Part shown: piece by piece, positions 1 through 13,759 of the stretch
Position numbering within the stretch: position 1 is the first letter of the stretch
Layout of the letters: each line of letters begins with the position of its first letter
DNA from: the human T2T-CHM13v2.0 reference genome, Homo sapiens
DNA length: 64,000 nt
NCBI RefSeq assembly: GCF_009914755.1
Contig: NC_060936.1
Strand: one strand, 5' to 3'
Translations under genes and position numbers: made by a program
The notes under the pieces: model-generated
The model's input: only the letters and a program-made list of their open reading frames with translations
What the model was told of the DNA's origin: nothing
Databases searched by the model: none

Positions 1-1214
1 CAAAGAATGCCTACAGTTTTACAAAAGGAAGGGGGAATTTTCATTTGTGGAGTGGCTTCAGCTATACATTTTAGTTAGAGAAGATTTGAAAATAAGACTT
101 AAAATAATAACTTGCTATAAAAACATCTTAATACAAGAGCATTCAAAAAATCTCAGAAAAAAACAAATTCTGAGATGCAAAACAATGGTTACCAAAGGAA
201 TGATACTTGGATAATATTTGAGTAAAACCAATATCCAACAAGTATTTTCGTTAGAGTGTCCCTTTTGTTCCCCTAGAAAATGTTTTATATTATTGAGTAT
301 CATATGTCTCTCTGAATTTCTGTTTTCAAGCACGTTTCCTGCTAGGAACATATGGAAAGGGTAAATGTCTGGAGTAGAATTTGAATGCTGTTATAAACTA
401 TGAGAGAGGATCTTGGAGTATTACTGCAGTTGAAACACTTAAAACTATGTCTGCAGTTAGATTTAGACAACCATTTTGCTTATGTTGTACTCTTTTTATA
501 GAATATGAAAAAGAAAGTGTAAAAAGCAGATCTTATAAAATTCTCTTACCTTCCATGTTTACATTTTGATGTTGGTATCAATTTACTCTCCTATAGATGC
601 TTGGTATTATTATTTTTGAAACAGAGAAATTTCACGTGTGTAAAATTACAGAGTGTTCTAGTGGAGGACATTTATGTCAGGAAATGATTTCTATGGAGAA
701 CTTTCACTCAGAACCTTAATACTAATTCCTGAACTCCCCTAAGCCTGGGACTTGTGTCTACTGAACAAACTGAAGAGTTGTGATTCTTAGACGGTAGAGG
801 TAAATTTAAGAGTCACGGCCAAAGTAAGGATAGATGTGAGTAATTACTTCAGTAAATCAGGCATAAAATGTGATGTTAGTCTTTGGCTCATTTAGTTTTC
901 AGTTCTCTGTTTTGCTATGATTATAAAGAAGGGGCTTTCCTTTCCTTTAACAATTTTAAATTTTGAACAGGGAAAAAAGTGTGCCAAACCATTGCCTTCC
1001 TGTGACCATTCTCATCTCGGAAGCATGGCTGCAGCACAGGGAGTCAGCCAATGTGATTAATCGAGGATTCAGAAGCCAGGGCAGATTGCACAATGAGGTC
1101 TGGCTGGCCAGCCTGGGGAGATAGATACTGACTGATATTGATTGCGCATTTTTATCACATGCCAAACCATAGGACAACAGACTTTCAGCAAAGCTCCCAA
1201 CAAATCTAAAAGTT

Positions 1215-1320
1215 GGGCTGGTTATTTCTATTTTACAAATAATAGAGATAGTTTGAGTTACTTGCCCAAGACGTCGTAACTCCAGACCTAAGACTGGAAT
1301 CTGGCTGTTTCCCAAAACTG
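1215..1320 (-). mobile_element. MIR SINE fragment
   Basis: ttttacaaat...gttacttgcccaag...ctggaatctggct resembles the reverse-complement MIR core; boundaries approximate. Confidence 0.55.
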
Positions 1321-2734
1321 CTTTGTTTTACTTTTGTTGTTATTTCTGTTACTGAATCCAGTCTTGTACCTTTTGGGCTTGCTTACACACTTCTTAGCGA
1401 CTTGCTCCATTTAAAAATTTGACAAATTATACTGATCAGTGCTAGGAGATATTTAATATTTCACCAGCTTTTAAAAGCAGATTATTAAAGCATTTGAATT
1501 CTTGTGATAGTATCAGCTTATACAGCTGAAATAAATAAGGTACCCAGATAGTGGAGATGGAAGTTCTTTAAATGAGAAACTAGAATGCTCTGAATTGATT
1601 TGGTTGTAGTGTAGCCTTAAAATTGGTAGTCACTCAAAATTCAGGGCAGATGGTCTTTAGTGTTTGCGTGTACTCCTGGGCATTTATCAATTAGAATTCA
1701 GCAGCATTTGCCTGTTCTCATTAGGTAATTGTATTAAAAATATTCCTTGTCATAGGAAAGAAAAACCTAATTACTTGATCTTAATTAAACCTTGTGTTAC
1801 AGGTTAACCTCTTGACCAGCCACATATGACATGATAAAAGAAAGGCAAGCCAGAAAATTCATTAAGATGGTTGACAATGACCAGCAAGCAGTCAGGAACT
1901 GTGTTTGTTCTTTCTTTGTTTCACTTTTCCCTAATATCAATGATTACAAGTAATGTGAATAGCATTGAAACAATATGTATATTGACAACCACATTTTTTT
2001 TCTACTTGTATGTCTTGATTTTGCTGTGCATCCAAAGCTTCCCAAAATGTATTCTTGAAGAAAGCTCTGGTGGCCAACAAATGGGTGCCAACTCATTTCC
2101 TTCTTTCTGCTTCCTCCTCACTGGGGGAGAGTGTAAGATTGCATTGATACACAATTACAGCATAACTCACGTTTCCATTTTGATTGAATCAGAAGTAACA
2201 ATAAACTAAAATCTCTCTGAGACTCTTTTAGTCATTGACACTTTTATATTTTAAAGTTTATTGCCATCGCCGCCAGACTAAATATTTCTCATGAAATGTT
2301 TTAAAAGTTTATTATTACACATTTTGTATTAATGTGCCATGGTCACACTTATAATAACTCCAGGACTTGATGTGGTCAGTATTTTTATGACCTTGACTAT
2401 CTTTAGAAAGATTTGAGGCCCAGAAAAGTTAAGGGAATTTTCCAGTTTCTTTAACAAACCAATATCTAAAACTGTGCCTTTTCATCATTTGAAATGTATA
2501 CTTTTGTTGGGGGGTGGGGGGCGTCAAATTTGCTAAACCGTATCATTTTTATAACAGTTTCTGTTATTAGTGCATATTCAAATAAACTGAGAGAGAAGCT
2601 GATTATAGGAAACTGGGATCCCCCTGCTCCTAAACTGTTCTTCTACATGAAAATACATAGCTTTCTTCCTGTCATGTATTTAGGTTGAAAGTTCCATTCT
2701 AATTTCAGCTCTTCTGCAGGTGTGTAGGATTAAA

Positions 2735-2995
2735 ACTGTCCTCCTAAAGAAGTCTTTTCTTGACTGTCTTGTGAAAAGTAGCTTCTTGTCTTCCTGCTCT
2801 GGCAATTATTTTATTTATTTATTTTGGCTTGTGATTTGCTCCACAAGAATAAAAGCTCTATCAGGAGAGGGATATGATATCTGCCTTGTTTACCACTGTT
2901 CCCTTAGTGATTGTGGTTCAATGCCTGGCACATCGTGGTGCTTAAGAAATACCTAGAGATGAAATGAATGAGTGGATGTATAAATGAATTAATGA
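2735..2995 (+). mobile_element. L2 LINE 3' end
   Basis: tgcctggcacatcgtggtgcttaagaaat followed by a (tgaa)-type tail, typical of the L2 3' terminus. Confidence 0.7.
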
Positions 2996-4599
2996 CCGCG
3001 GAAGAAGCAACCAGTAGTAAATTTCACCTGGATCACTTATGAGGGGATCATGGAATATGGAATGTGGAATTCTGTACCCATGGGTTGCGGCAGGCTGAGT
3101 GACAAAGACAAACAGCAACAACAAAAATCCAATGGGCAGGTTTGCTACTGCTACTGGAGCTACTTCCATTAATTAAACTTGTACCATATGCTAGATGCTG
3201 TGCTTCATGTTTCAATTTTATTTTCTTCAGTCCTCTCTACAACTCTTTAAAGATCAGAACAGACCACATGAAGGAGGTGATGTCTGAATAGGCGAGAAGG
3301 CAGAGAGGATAAAGGAGGAGCACAGATTTGAGCTGTTATGCAGGTAGTTCAGGCGTAAGTTATGTGATTAGCATTTGGCAGATTTACTTTCATTGTGTGT
3401 TTCCTAGACAGTGGAGAAATAGTCCTCTTTATCTTTTTGCTATTTTGATTTTGGACCCTCAGGGAATAAAAGGTACAAACTAATCATTCTATGGTGAATG
3501 TCTCTGCACAGAGCTAACCTGGTACCATTTGCCCTTGTCAGTGGTATTGGGTGATGACACTCGAGTGCACAGTTTAATTGGCAGAAGGAAGAGGCAGGCC
3601 AGTTACATCTATGCAAGTCTACCAAGTGAGCCATGAAAATTGCAAATTGTGCCAATCAGTTGGCAGTCTTGCTTGGTGTGTAGTATTAGTCAATGCCATA
3701 AGAATCAGAGAGCAGGGAGGTCATTCAAAAGAGTGAAATGCATGCAACTCACAGCCAAAAGCCATTGCAAACAATCACATTAGAAAAAGATTCACCATCT
3801 CCCTTCCCTCTTCCTCTCAGACACCACAATGTATGAGGGCAGGAGAAAATTCAGATATAAATTCCTTCTGCTGAGGAGTGACTCTGCATAGATGGGTTTT
3901 TGAAATGCCAGATAGGGTGACTCTCTCCTTTTGATCATATGAGGAACCGTAAGAACCAGCCAGGCCTCAAGTGGAATTCTGACACTTCAAATACATTAAT
4001 ACATTTTGTTCATTAGGCAATTTAAAGATCAGAGACATATATCAATTGTATTTTGTTCTTGGCTGGTCATTTTTGTTTGGAAGCAGCAGATTAATAGGCA
4101 CTTTCTATATCCTGAGCTAACTTATCTATAATTCTCTGCACTTATTAGACTGAAGAAAAGTTGCTTATAAAAGCAAGGCTAAGGGATATGTAACATTTCA
4201 TCTTGCTGTCAAAACCTATCATTTAAATAAGTTGAAACTTCTAAAACATTGAAATGAAAGCAGTCTTCAAGTGAATAGAAATGATTTAAAAAATATAAAG
4301 GAGAGAGACAGAAAAAGAAAGAGGGAAATAAAAGTACATATATGGTAGGCAAAGAAGACCTGCCTGGTTGGAATTTGTTTGGAATGACATGTTAGATGGC
4401 ATGCCCTGAGGCTCACTTAAGCTCTGGGGGGTCAGGGAGTAATCATCTATTATCTTTTGCCCTTTAAAATGTTGATTAGCAAATATTTTCCCTTTTTGAC
4501 CTATCAAATCCGTTCCTGGGACTTTAACTTAAGGCTTGTGGACAAATAATAATAATAATCTGCATACAAGGTTGTACAGCCAGACTTCATCATTAACTT

Positions 4600-5745
4600 T
4601 GAACACTTGGAGGTAATCTACTCTCATTGACTTCTCAGCACCTCTGCACATGGTTGCCCATTCCACACATCTTGAATCACTCATTTTCCATAACATGTCC
4701 CTTTATTGGTTCTCCATGTGCTATCTAGCTTATGACTCTCTTTCTATCTCCTTTGCTGACCCAGCCACAGAAATATTTGTCCTAAGGCCTCTCCTCTTCC
4801 ACTTTATGCTCCCTCCTTAGGCCAGCTCATCCCCAACCATGGTGTCAATTGTCTCATCTAACACCTCTGCACACTTTGACACCTCCAGCTCTGCGTTCCC
4901 AACCCATATGTTCAATTGTCTGCTTGACATCACATCTTGGAAGTCTCAAAGCCTTTTCAAAATTGCTACATCCAGAAGTAAACATGCTCTCCCCAACTCC
5001 TGGTGTGGTTTTGTTCCTGTATTCCTCCCTCTGTTACTGAAGGTACCAGCAATACCAAGTTGGGCAAGCTAGAAATCCAGGAGTCACCCTTGACATCTCC
5101 CTCCCTTGGCCCCTATATCTAACCATTAATGAAGTCTTCTCAGTGTTACTTCCTATTCATTCTCAAAGCTGTCCACATGTTTCCATCTCCAAGACTTCAC
5201 AATAATCTGACCACTGTAATAGCCTCCTAACTCAGCCACTGGCAACAGATATATCCCCAGTTTACACTGTGCTCTACATCATTACAGAGGGAGCTTGCAC
5301 TCCCTCCAAAAGCTCCCTCCAAAGGGATCTCACATCCAGATAGAGCTTTTCTTTTTTTTCTTTTTTCTTTTCTTTTTTTTTTTTTTTTTTTGAGATGGGG
5401 TCTCACTCTGTTTCCCAGCCTGGAGTACAGCGGTGCCATCTCGGCTCACTGCAAGCTCCAGCTCCTGGACTCAAGTGATCCTCCCAACTCAGCCTCCCGA
5501 GTAGCTGGAACTACAGGCACACACCACCGAACTTGGCTAATTTTTGTGTTTTTTGTAGAGATGGGTTTTGCCATCTTGCCTAGATTGGTCTCAAACTCCT
5601 GGGCTCAAGCAATCCACCCACCTCAGCCTCCCAAAGTGCTGGGATTATAGGCGTAAGCCACTGCACCTGGCCCAGAGAGAGCTTTTCAAACACAGATCTG
5701 ATTTTACTTAAAACCCTTCAGTAGCTTCCCATTGTGTATAGAAAA
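4600..5745 (+). mobile_element. L2 fragment interrupted by an Alu
   Basis: aattgtctgcttgacatcacatcttggaagtct and gagtcacccttgacatctccctcccttg match recalled L2 3' region; L2-like sequence resumes after the Alu. Confidence 0.7.
5352..5672 (-). mobile_element. AluJ-like SINE, full length
   Basis: Poly-T tail then reverse Alu dimer ending cctggcc; J-type features (gggctcaagcaatcc); TSD cagatagagcttttc (5337-5351) / cagagagagcttttc (5673-5687). Confidence 0.95.
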
Positions 5746-7264
5746 CCATTTTAATAAGATTAGTTCTAACCTCAGAGTTAGAAGATTTCTGCCAACACTT
5801 TAGATTTCAAAAACCTTAGAGAAGAAAATGGTGATTTGATATATTCTTGATCTAAAAAATTTTGTATTGATACAGTGTAAAATATTGCGTTAAAAAATAA
5901 CATGGTAACCTTAGAACATACCGTGTCTATTTCAACTTTCTGAAGAAAATCAGTCACACAAAATCAAAGTCATTTTTAGCTTGGTTATATTTGAAGCTAT
6001 AATAAAGCTTGTTATAACTCATTGTATTTCTCTCACTTTGAAAAAATAAATCAGGCAGCACAATCATATTTAATTGGAAATGATACTTTATTCTTCTGTT
6101 TCTATCTTTGCATATAAATTATTTTGTTTCAAATAATATATCAGATGAAAATCCATGACAGGAATTGATTTGTCTTTAGCAGAAAAACAAACAAAAAACT
6201 CTCTGACTCTGGCTTTTGTTTTTATTTCTAGCACAAGTTTCACTATTCCTAGTGAGATTTGAGTTGCTTTGGATGTTTATCTAATGAGCCTGGGTGGGAT
6301 TACACTATCCCATACAGCGCCTTTGTGAGGGGTAAAGAAGGGGACCCCTTCTCCATCAGGACAGGCAGATGTGGAATAGCACAAACCATTGAACCAGGTT
6401 TGCTACCACTCTTGCTCTTTGGCCTGGCATTCACAGAGAAGCACTCATCCATTTGAAACTGATGGTTTTGTTCTAGTCATTGTTTTGTTTCTCTAGAAAT
6501 ATGGAATCTTGCTGTTTGCTGGCAATCTTGTCACCTGTGAATATTTGAATCAATCATTTACCTCTAGCAGCATCAGCAATTTGACATTCCCAGGCATAAA
6601 AAATCAATTTTGTATCATCTTGAATTTGGAGAAAATTATGCTTCCTTAAGGATGGAGAAAAACTATGTATGAACATTTTCAGACTTTTTGAGACAGGCAC
6701 ACTCACTAGTCTCTTACAGGGAAAATAACTTGAACCCTGTCTATGACTCGATTTCTGACATAGTAAACGTACCTGGTAGGTGGAGGCTGGATTACAGGGA
6801 ATGATGATGAGACCATTGAGGGTGAATTTTCAAAAGGAGAAAAGGCACATTTGACACCAGAGGCTGTATGGGATGAGACAACAATTTGAACCTGAAGCTG
6901 ATAGCATAACCACCTTGGCACAGGTCGGGGGAAAATAATGTCATGTGTGTGAATTGACTATGGTGCTTTACTAAACTCTTGACTTTGGGGCCTAAGCTTC
7001 CCAACAGTGGGACTCCCTCTAACTGCACATCACATGGAGGAAAGATTGTTGCTTTCACTCACTTTTAGGTGGCACCATAGGCAACTCTACAGCACTGACG
7101 CTGTGGAAGTCTCAATGACGGTGACTCAGGCCAATTGGCAAGCCTTGGCTGGGCTGGGAGTATTAACTCTGCAAGATGCCAGATGCCAGGTAGGAATAAA
7201 ACTAGTAAATCCCAGTTCTCTCTCTATGGTAGATGGTGATTTGATACTGAGGGACCCCTCTTTG

Positions 7265-7788
7265 TGTAACAGAGTAGCTTAGCTTTAAAATGCATTTTGG
7301 ACTTTTCTTCTCTAATCTCAGAATGTAGCCTTAAACTGTGCTTTGAAACTTTGTTTCCCTCTCTTTCCCAGCAGACACTCCCATGCACTGTGCTAGCTTA
7401 TCTAATTATGAGCTTGCTTAGAAATCCCAGGGACTAATCTTGAATCAAACCAGGCATGGAGACCCAGCTCAAGGCGGGTAATCTACAAACTAGTCATTGT
7501 CGAGACGGTGCCAGCCTGCACTCCAGGTGGACAATATCTCCAGATAGCCATCATAACAAGGCATGCAGACCTGTATCCTGCACCACTCTTACACGTTTCC
7601 TATGCCAAGTTTCCTTTTTTAAGCCCCTTCACTCAGCCTAAAAATTTGAGATTGTTTCTTTGCTGCTTGAGGCTGGCCATCTCCTCAACTACTGGCATTT
7701 AAATAAAGCTGCTTTCCTTTCACCATACCTCACCTGTTATGTATTCAGTGTTTTGAGTGGTGAGCAGCCAAACATGAATTTGGTTATA
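7265..7788 (+). mobile_element. Solo ERV1-class LTR (MER66-like; subfamily uncertain)
   Basis: Starts TGTAAC, ends ggttata (degenerate ...GTTACA); AATAAA near 7701; tail gagtggtgagcagccaaacatgaatttggtta resembles MER4-group LTR ends; no clean TSD. Confidence 0.7.
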
Positions 7789-7934
7789 CTAGGGGTTTGA
7801 TATGTGTTGCTAGAGATTCCTGACTTAACAATGACAACCAGCTGTGCCCAAGAAAATTTTATGGATGTACATTAGACGTTTTGTGAGCCCTCCCAAAACT
7901 TGAGGATGCACATGTTATAAGAGGCTGAAAATCT

Positions 7935-8812
7935 ATGCAATACTCAACAGTAAGAGAATGAACAACTTGATTAAAAAAAATAGGCCAAGGATCTGAACAG
8001 ATACCTTACCAAAGAAGATGTACAGATGTCAAATAAGTACATGAAAAAGTAGCTTAATATTATATGATATTGAGCAAGTTTCTTAGAAAACTAAGCACAT
8101 CATACAACTCAGCAACCATGTTGTTTGAAATGAGTTGAAAACTTTTGTCCACAAAAACACTTGCACACCAATATTTACAGCAGCTTTATTCATAATTGCC
8201 AAAACTTGGAAGCAAACAAGCTGTCTGTCTTCACTAAGTGAGCAGATAAATTGTGGTACATCCAGAAAGTGGAATGTTATTCAGCACTGAAAATAAGGCA
8301 CTATCAAGCCATGAAAAGACATGAAGGAACCTTAAAAGTTTGTTATTATAGTAAGTGAAAGAAGCCAATCTAGAAGGCTACATTCTATATGACTCCATCT
8401 GTGTGACATTCTGGGAAAGGCAAAACTCTGGGGACAGCAGAAAGATCAGAGGTTGCCAGAGGTTAGGAAGGAGGGTAGTTGAATATGCGGAGCATATTCA
8501 CAGAAAATTTTTAGGGCAGTGAAACTATTCTGTGTGGTACTCTAATGGTGAATACACGGAATTACACCTTTGTCAAAACCCATACATGTACAGCACCAAG
8601 AGTAAACCCTAATATAAGTATGAGCTTTGGGTGATAATGATGTACGAATGTTTATCATTTATAACAAATGTACCACTCTGGTGGGGGGCATTGATATTTG
8701 GGGAGGCTGTGCCTGTGTTGGGGTAAGAGGCACATGGGAACTCTCAGTGCTTTCTTCTCAATATTGATCTGAACATAAAACTGCTCTAAAGAATAAAGTG
8801 GCTTTTAAAAAA
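7935..8812 (+). mobile_element. L1MC1-like LINE-1 3' end (copy A)
   Basis: accaaagaagatgtacagatg..., gcagctttattcataattgccaaaacttggaagc, terminal aaaactgctctaaagaataaag. Confidence 0.9.
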
Positions 8813-11084
8813 TGGATAAGGTTTAAAAAATATCTATGGGCACAGCTAGGATATTGCAGTTTGCAAGGATTAGGTATTCATTAATTACCAAATACATATT
8901 AATGGCCTCACACAAATGGGGGAAGTCTGAACATGCTAACAACATCCTCTTCCTTCTTGTGACTTCCTCCCTCATCTAATCACTGCTTCTCTGAGGTATA
9001 CTCCCATATCAAAATGTTATTTTGCTCTCATAAATGAAAATATACTTTTGAGAGAAGTCTGATAGGATTATGGTTGAGGGTTCTGAAAGAATTTCACCCA
9101 GGTAATAAAATTTCATTCCAAAGATCCAAACGTCTAAATCCAAACACAAGACAAACGGGGCCTTCATGGATGGGAAACCCTGACGTGAACCTTGAAAAGT
9201 TCAGTTCCTGGGTTACTTGGTGGGATATTCTCACCAATTATGGTGACTCTATCTCCATAAATTGGAGAGACTTTCAAGGCCTGGTTGCCTTGGCTCCATG
9301 GAACTCAGAGATTAGTACTATATATTTGCTGTATTAATTCATGAAGTTCTTGTTTTGCCTGAGATTTCTTTGAAGCGGAGTGGACTTGGTGAGGTGAGAA
9401 AATTTGTTGTCCCTTTTCCAACCAATCCTTGTTCTTATTTCCAACTACATGACTTACAAATAGTGTTTCCCTTCCTCTATAAATTCTTCCTTACAGGTTG
9501 ATTGTTGCCATGGAGAACCACTTTTGTCTTTTGGGCAGGCTTTGAGAAAGAGAATGTTCATGAGATGTTCAAGTGAAATACCAGGAAGTATGATTTTTCT
9601 ACCCTGTTAGATTGACTTGGGTTTCTGGGAAATAATACAACAAATTATTGGAAAATGTATTACAACCAAAATGTGAGATTTTGAATATTGAGAAGGAAGA
9701 AGATGAGTGAATGAGTGCTACCTTTTGGAAACTACACAATGCTTGATTTGGGAATTGTGATGTTCAGCTCTTTAAATTAATTTGGATATCAAATTATCAG
9801 TATATATTGTTAAATAACTGCATTCCTTACATTTTCATGAACTCTTTAAATATTTATCAATTTAGTAGTTTTCAAGTATACTAGGATGTCTTTCTCAATC
9901 TTTTTTTATGTCTGCTTTCCTTTTAAGTGTTTAGAAATCACACTTCAGTCTGTTGAAAATATATATACTTCCAGCAGTAGCATTTATTAAAACTGCTTCG
10001 GGGACTGCTTTCTGGACACCAGGCAACATTCAGTGTCATAATAAAAGCCTAACTCTGCCCAAAATACAGTGATTAATATAGTTTTTTTTTCCTTAGCTAC
10101 TGAATGATTCATCAACTATTTATTGGGCTTCAGAAAGACGTTCATAAAGATGGAAAATAACAATTAGAACCCCCCGAGTGTTATTAATTTCCACCCAACT
10201 CTCTTGAACCCATTACCTTTCATTACCATAATGAAAATTATTCCTACACAGTATGTCTCTCTGTGATCTGTGTGAATGCACACACTTACAAACACAATTA
10301 TCTTTTCTAAGTAATAGTCTCATGTTATGCTTTTATTCTATTATTATTCTCAAAAATAGAACTGAGAGCAGGAAGTTTCCAATTCTGAATTTGTTTTTCC
10401 ACACAACCATTCATAAGCCTGTTTCAGTAGATGTTGTTTGTATTTAATTATTACTGAGTCTTCATTTCCTGTGGAAAATATCAAATAAATATTACAAACA
10501 TTTCTTCAGGTTACATTATTTTAATTTCCTTATGTTTGAATTAAATCTTTGTAAAACATAACCTTTCCAACATAATTTCTAGTGGGAAACATTCATAATT
10601 TCAGTGCTGTGAGATCCATATAAAATGTTCTTCCTATAATGTTTCCCTGATGTAATGTTTATCCTTTGGAGAGCCATTCTCATGCATACACTTAGCACTT
10701 CCTTCTATTGTCATGCTTAAAATATTTGATTCTCTGTCTTATCTGGAAAACATAATGGGAAGGTTTCACCTTAGTATAATTCTTTTGTTCAACAGAAATA
10801 AAAATTTCCTAATATCTTGTGTTCATGAGATGAGTACAGAGAGCAACATTCTTGAACTTAGAATATTTATTACTAATGTTTTATTTGAAGTTCCTGTTAT
10901 TAATACATAAAACATGTAGATATTTGGTTACTTTCAACTATGATAAGAGTATTTTAATACAATAATCTATAATAATCTAAATAGATAATCTATTTAGAGA
11001 GAAGAATCAGGTCAATTGACTTTGTGTTTAGTTTCAAGTTTTCCCCATTCAAGTTTGTAGAAGTAGTTTAAGATAATATTAGTG

Positions 11085-11200
11085 TCTTGGTGTGATTTGA
11101 AGTCATTCTGCATACAAATTATCTGCGGTTCTTGTTAAACATGCAGATCCTGGGATGCAACACTCAACTGAAATAGCTCTCATCCAGTTCCATGGTGATT
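11085..11200. mobile_element. MER5-like hAT DNA transposon fragment
   Basis: cttgttaaacatgcagatcctggg ... ggtgattct core; degenerate. Confidence 0.5.
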
Positions 11201-12879
11201 CTTGTCTTGTCAAACGTAATTATCATTTGACTGCTCACCAGCACTTGCCACAGTGGGTCAATTTGTCCTCTTAACACTTTCTTCTCAGGCATTTGTGAAG
11301 GGGACTCTCTTCTACCTTACAGCAATGCTCAGTCTCCTAATTTAGTTTTTCCTTTTCTGAGAATCAGCTGTTGTTAATAAGCATTCCACATAATTTCTCC
11401 CTCATTCATGATCTGGCATAATGAACCCTGTGATTCCTTTGTTATCTCAATCACTTATTATGAAGATATTTTGCCCTGTAGTTGAGATGATTTATCATTA
11501 ATACATTTCATTCTTCCATTGAAAATCTATTATGTTCAAACATTCAAAGAAGCATAATGCACAGTCACTGATCTTTAAGAGAAAGACCCATATGAAAAGT
11601 TAAATGATAAAAGGGATAATGAAAGTAAAAGCTATGAATTTATAGAAAAAAATGAGTTTTTGTAAATTTCTTGGAAAAAGTAGGGATTAAATTAGGCAGT
11701 GATAGATGGCCATGCTTTAATAAGGTGAGCTATAGATCTAGTTTCTGTTTTACAACTACGAGGTCATAATGGCAAATTAAATCTCAGCTGTCAGATTTAG
11801 TCTAGAAGTCAAAGCTGTATTATATTTTAATTTATAACTATTGAGTGAGTAGGTAAGATTAGACCTAAAGAGTACATTAAATCTAGGAATGTACTAGATG
11901 TCTAGATGTGAATTGCTTTTAAGGGGGACTATTGTTCAAAAGTAAAATTTATATAAATTTGTCAATTTAGGAAAATAAAAAGTTCTAAACAAACTGCAAA
12001 AAAAAAAAAATTAAGGAAAACCAGGTAGCTAAACTTCGAAGCCATTAACAATTTAACAAAGGCGAATAGAGATTTCACCCACCAAAGAGACCAATGTATT
12101 ACAGATATGATTGATATATTATGTAACTGTCACAGCAAAGGAGGTTGGATAGCTCCACAGGGTTGTTTCTGAGTCTTTAATCTTATTATATTAATCACAA
12201 ATAATGTTTCCTTATGAAGTAGATCGTGTTACATTTATTATAATTATGATGGCTGCCTCTATTGTCTAGCAGTACAACAGAAAAAAATGAGTGAGAATGT
12301 AAAAAGAAGGGGAGAAAATTATGGAGCAGAAAGGTTGGTAGGCTTAAAAATCATCACCCATCTTTTCAAGAAACAATATTCACTTGAGCAAATACACAAT
12401 CTTGACAGTGAAAGATTTCTTACATTTATACAAAAAACATTTTTGGTTACTATTCTATATACAGAAGGTAAACACGTCAATGTTCCTAAGATGCTCTGCA
12501 GATGCAACTATAAATTAGACCTAGATTCTGCCTCAGTGATCTTATGTCTAGTAGTGGAAACCTGTCAAGAATATGGGTATTTACGACGCACTAATGGTTC
12601 AGTTAAACACTATAGGAGTTCTGAGGAGGAAAGTTATCTTCCTCGTAGTTTTATATTGGCAGGAAATATGTGCCCTTTTCAGTGTATCCACATGGTTAAG
12701 TCTCTTCAAATTCCAAAACAAAATGATATTTTGCAACAAAAACTTAGTCTTCTTTTTTTTAAAAAAATTTGTTTTTGCAACAAAAGCAATAGTAAATCCC
12801 TTACATTAAATCTGTGTCTCCTTCTAGGTATTTCTTTATATCGTTTCTCCTCTGCTGATGCAAAGTTCTTACGAGAAAG

Positions 12880-13237
12880 TGTCTTAGTCTACTTTGTGCT
12901 ACTATAAGAGGATACCACAGGCTGGGTAATTTATAAGGAATAGAGATTTATTTCTTACAGTCCTAGAGGCTGGGAAGTCCAAGAAGGGGCTGGCATGTGG
13001 TCAGGGTCTTCTTGCTGCATCATCCCTCGTGGAAGGCAGAAAGGTCTTGAGAGCATGACAAAGTATTGCGGGCAAACTCAATTTTATAGCAAATCTACTC
13101 CCATGATAATGACATTAATTCATTCACGAGGGCAGAACCCTCATGACCTAATTACCTCCTAAAAGTCCCACCTCTCAACACATTGGGAATTAAGTTCCCA
13201 ATACATGAACTTTGGGGAATACATTTAAACTATGGCA
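12880..13237 (-). mobile_element. MaLR solo LTR (MSTC/MSTD/MLT1A type)
   Basis: tgtcttagtc...ctgggtaatttata...aaactatggca; perfect 5-bp TSD gaaag (12875-12879 / 13238-13242). Confidence 0.92.
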
Positions 13238-13259
13238 GAAAGAGTCTTTAGTTCCTTTT

Positions 13260-13745
13260 TCCACATCCGTATTTAAATCCTGTCCACTCTACTACCCTCT
13301 GCAAACTGGCTATCACATCCCTCATTTCACTTTATATGTTATCAATTCCAAATACAATAAAGTATTTTGAACCCCTTTATTAACATACATATCTGCATTT
13401 AGCTCTCGGTTTTTTTTTTTTTTTTTCTTAATTGAAATTGTTTCTTCCCCTGGCATCCTAGATTTTGCCCTCTGGCTGATCAATTCCTTCTAAGTCTTCT
13501 TCCCATGGTTCTCATTCTCAGCCAGTCCCTTAAATGTTGGTATGATCTAGGGATTCTTCTTTGGCCCTTTCAATTCTTTCTCTCATCACATTACTCCTGG
13601 CTGAAATCCTCCATTCTTATGTTTTTTTCTACAAATAATGTATGTTTCCTACAAAATATTCATATTCTGTCTGTCATAATGTAGAAAGACTTCCCAACCA
13701 AGGACTGTATTTCCAAGACAAAGCTCTCTTGGATCCAGAAGAGAA
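13260..13745 (+). mobile_element. L2 fragment (left part of a nested stack)
   Basis: cccttaaatgttggt...ttggccctt...ttctctc L2 pattern; later L2 segments at about 18300-18490 and 21290-21735. Confidence 0.55.
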
Positions 13746-13759
13746 AACAAGAATAATTT

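Noticed and set aside
3650-3665. TGCCAA-tcag-TTGGCA palindrome (NFI half-sites)
   Set aside because: Orientation and spacing do not match the canonical TTGGC-N5-GCCAA site; 6-bp arms are expected by chance.
5227-5650. ORFs overlapping Alus (also 40282, 47406, 54204, 21865, 44863)
   Set aside because: Standard Alu translation artefacts, not genes.
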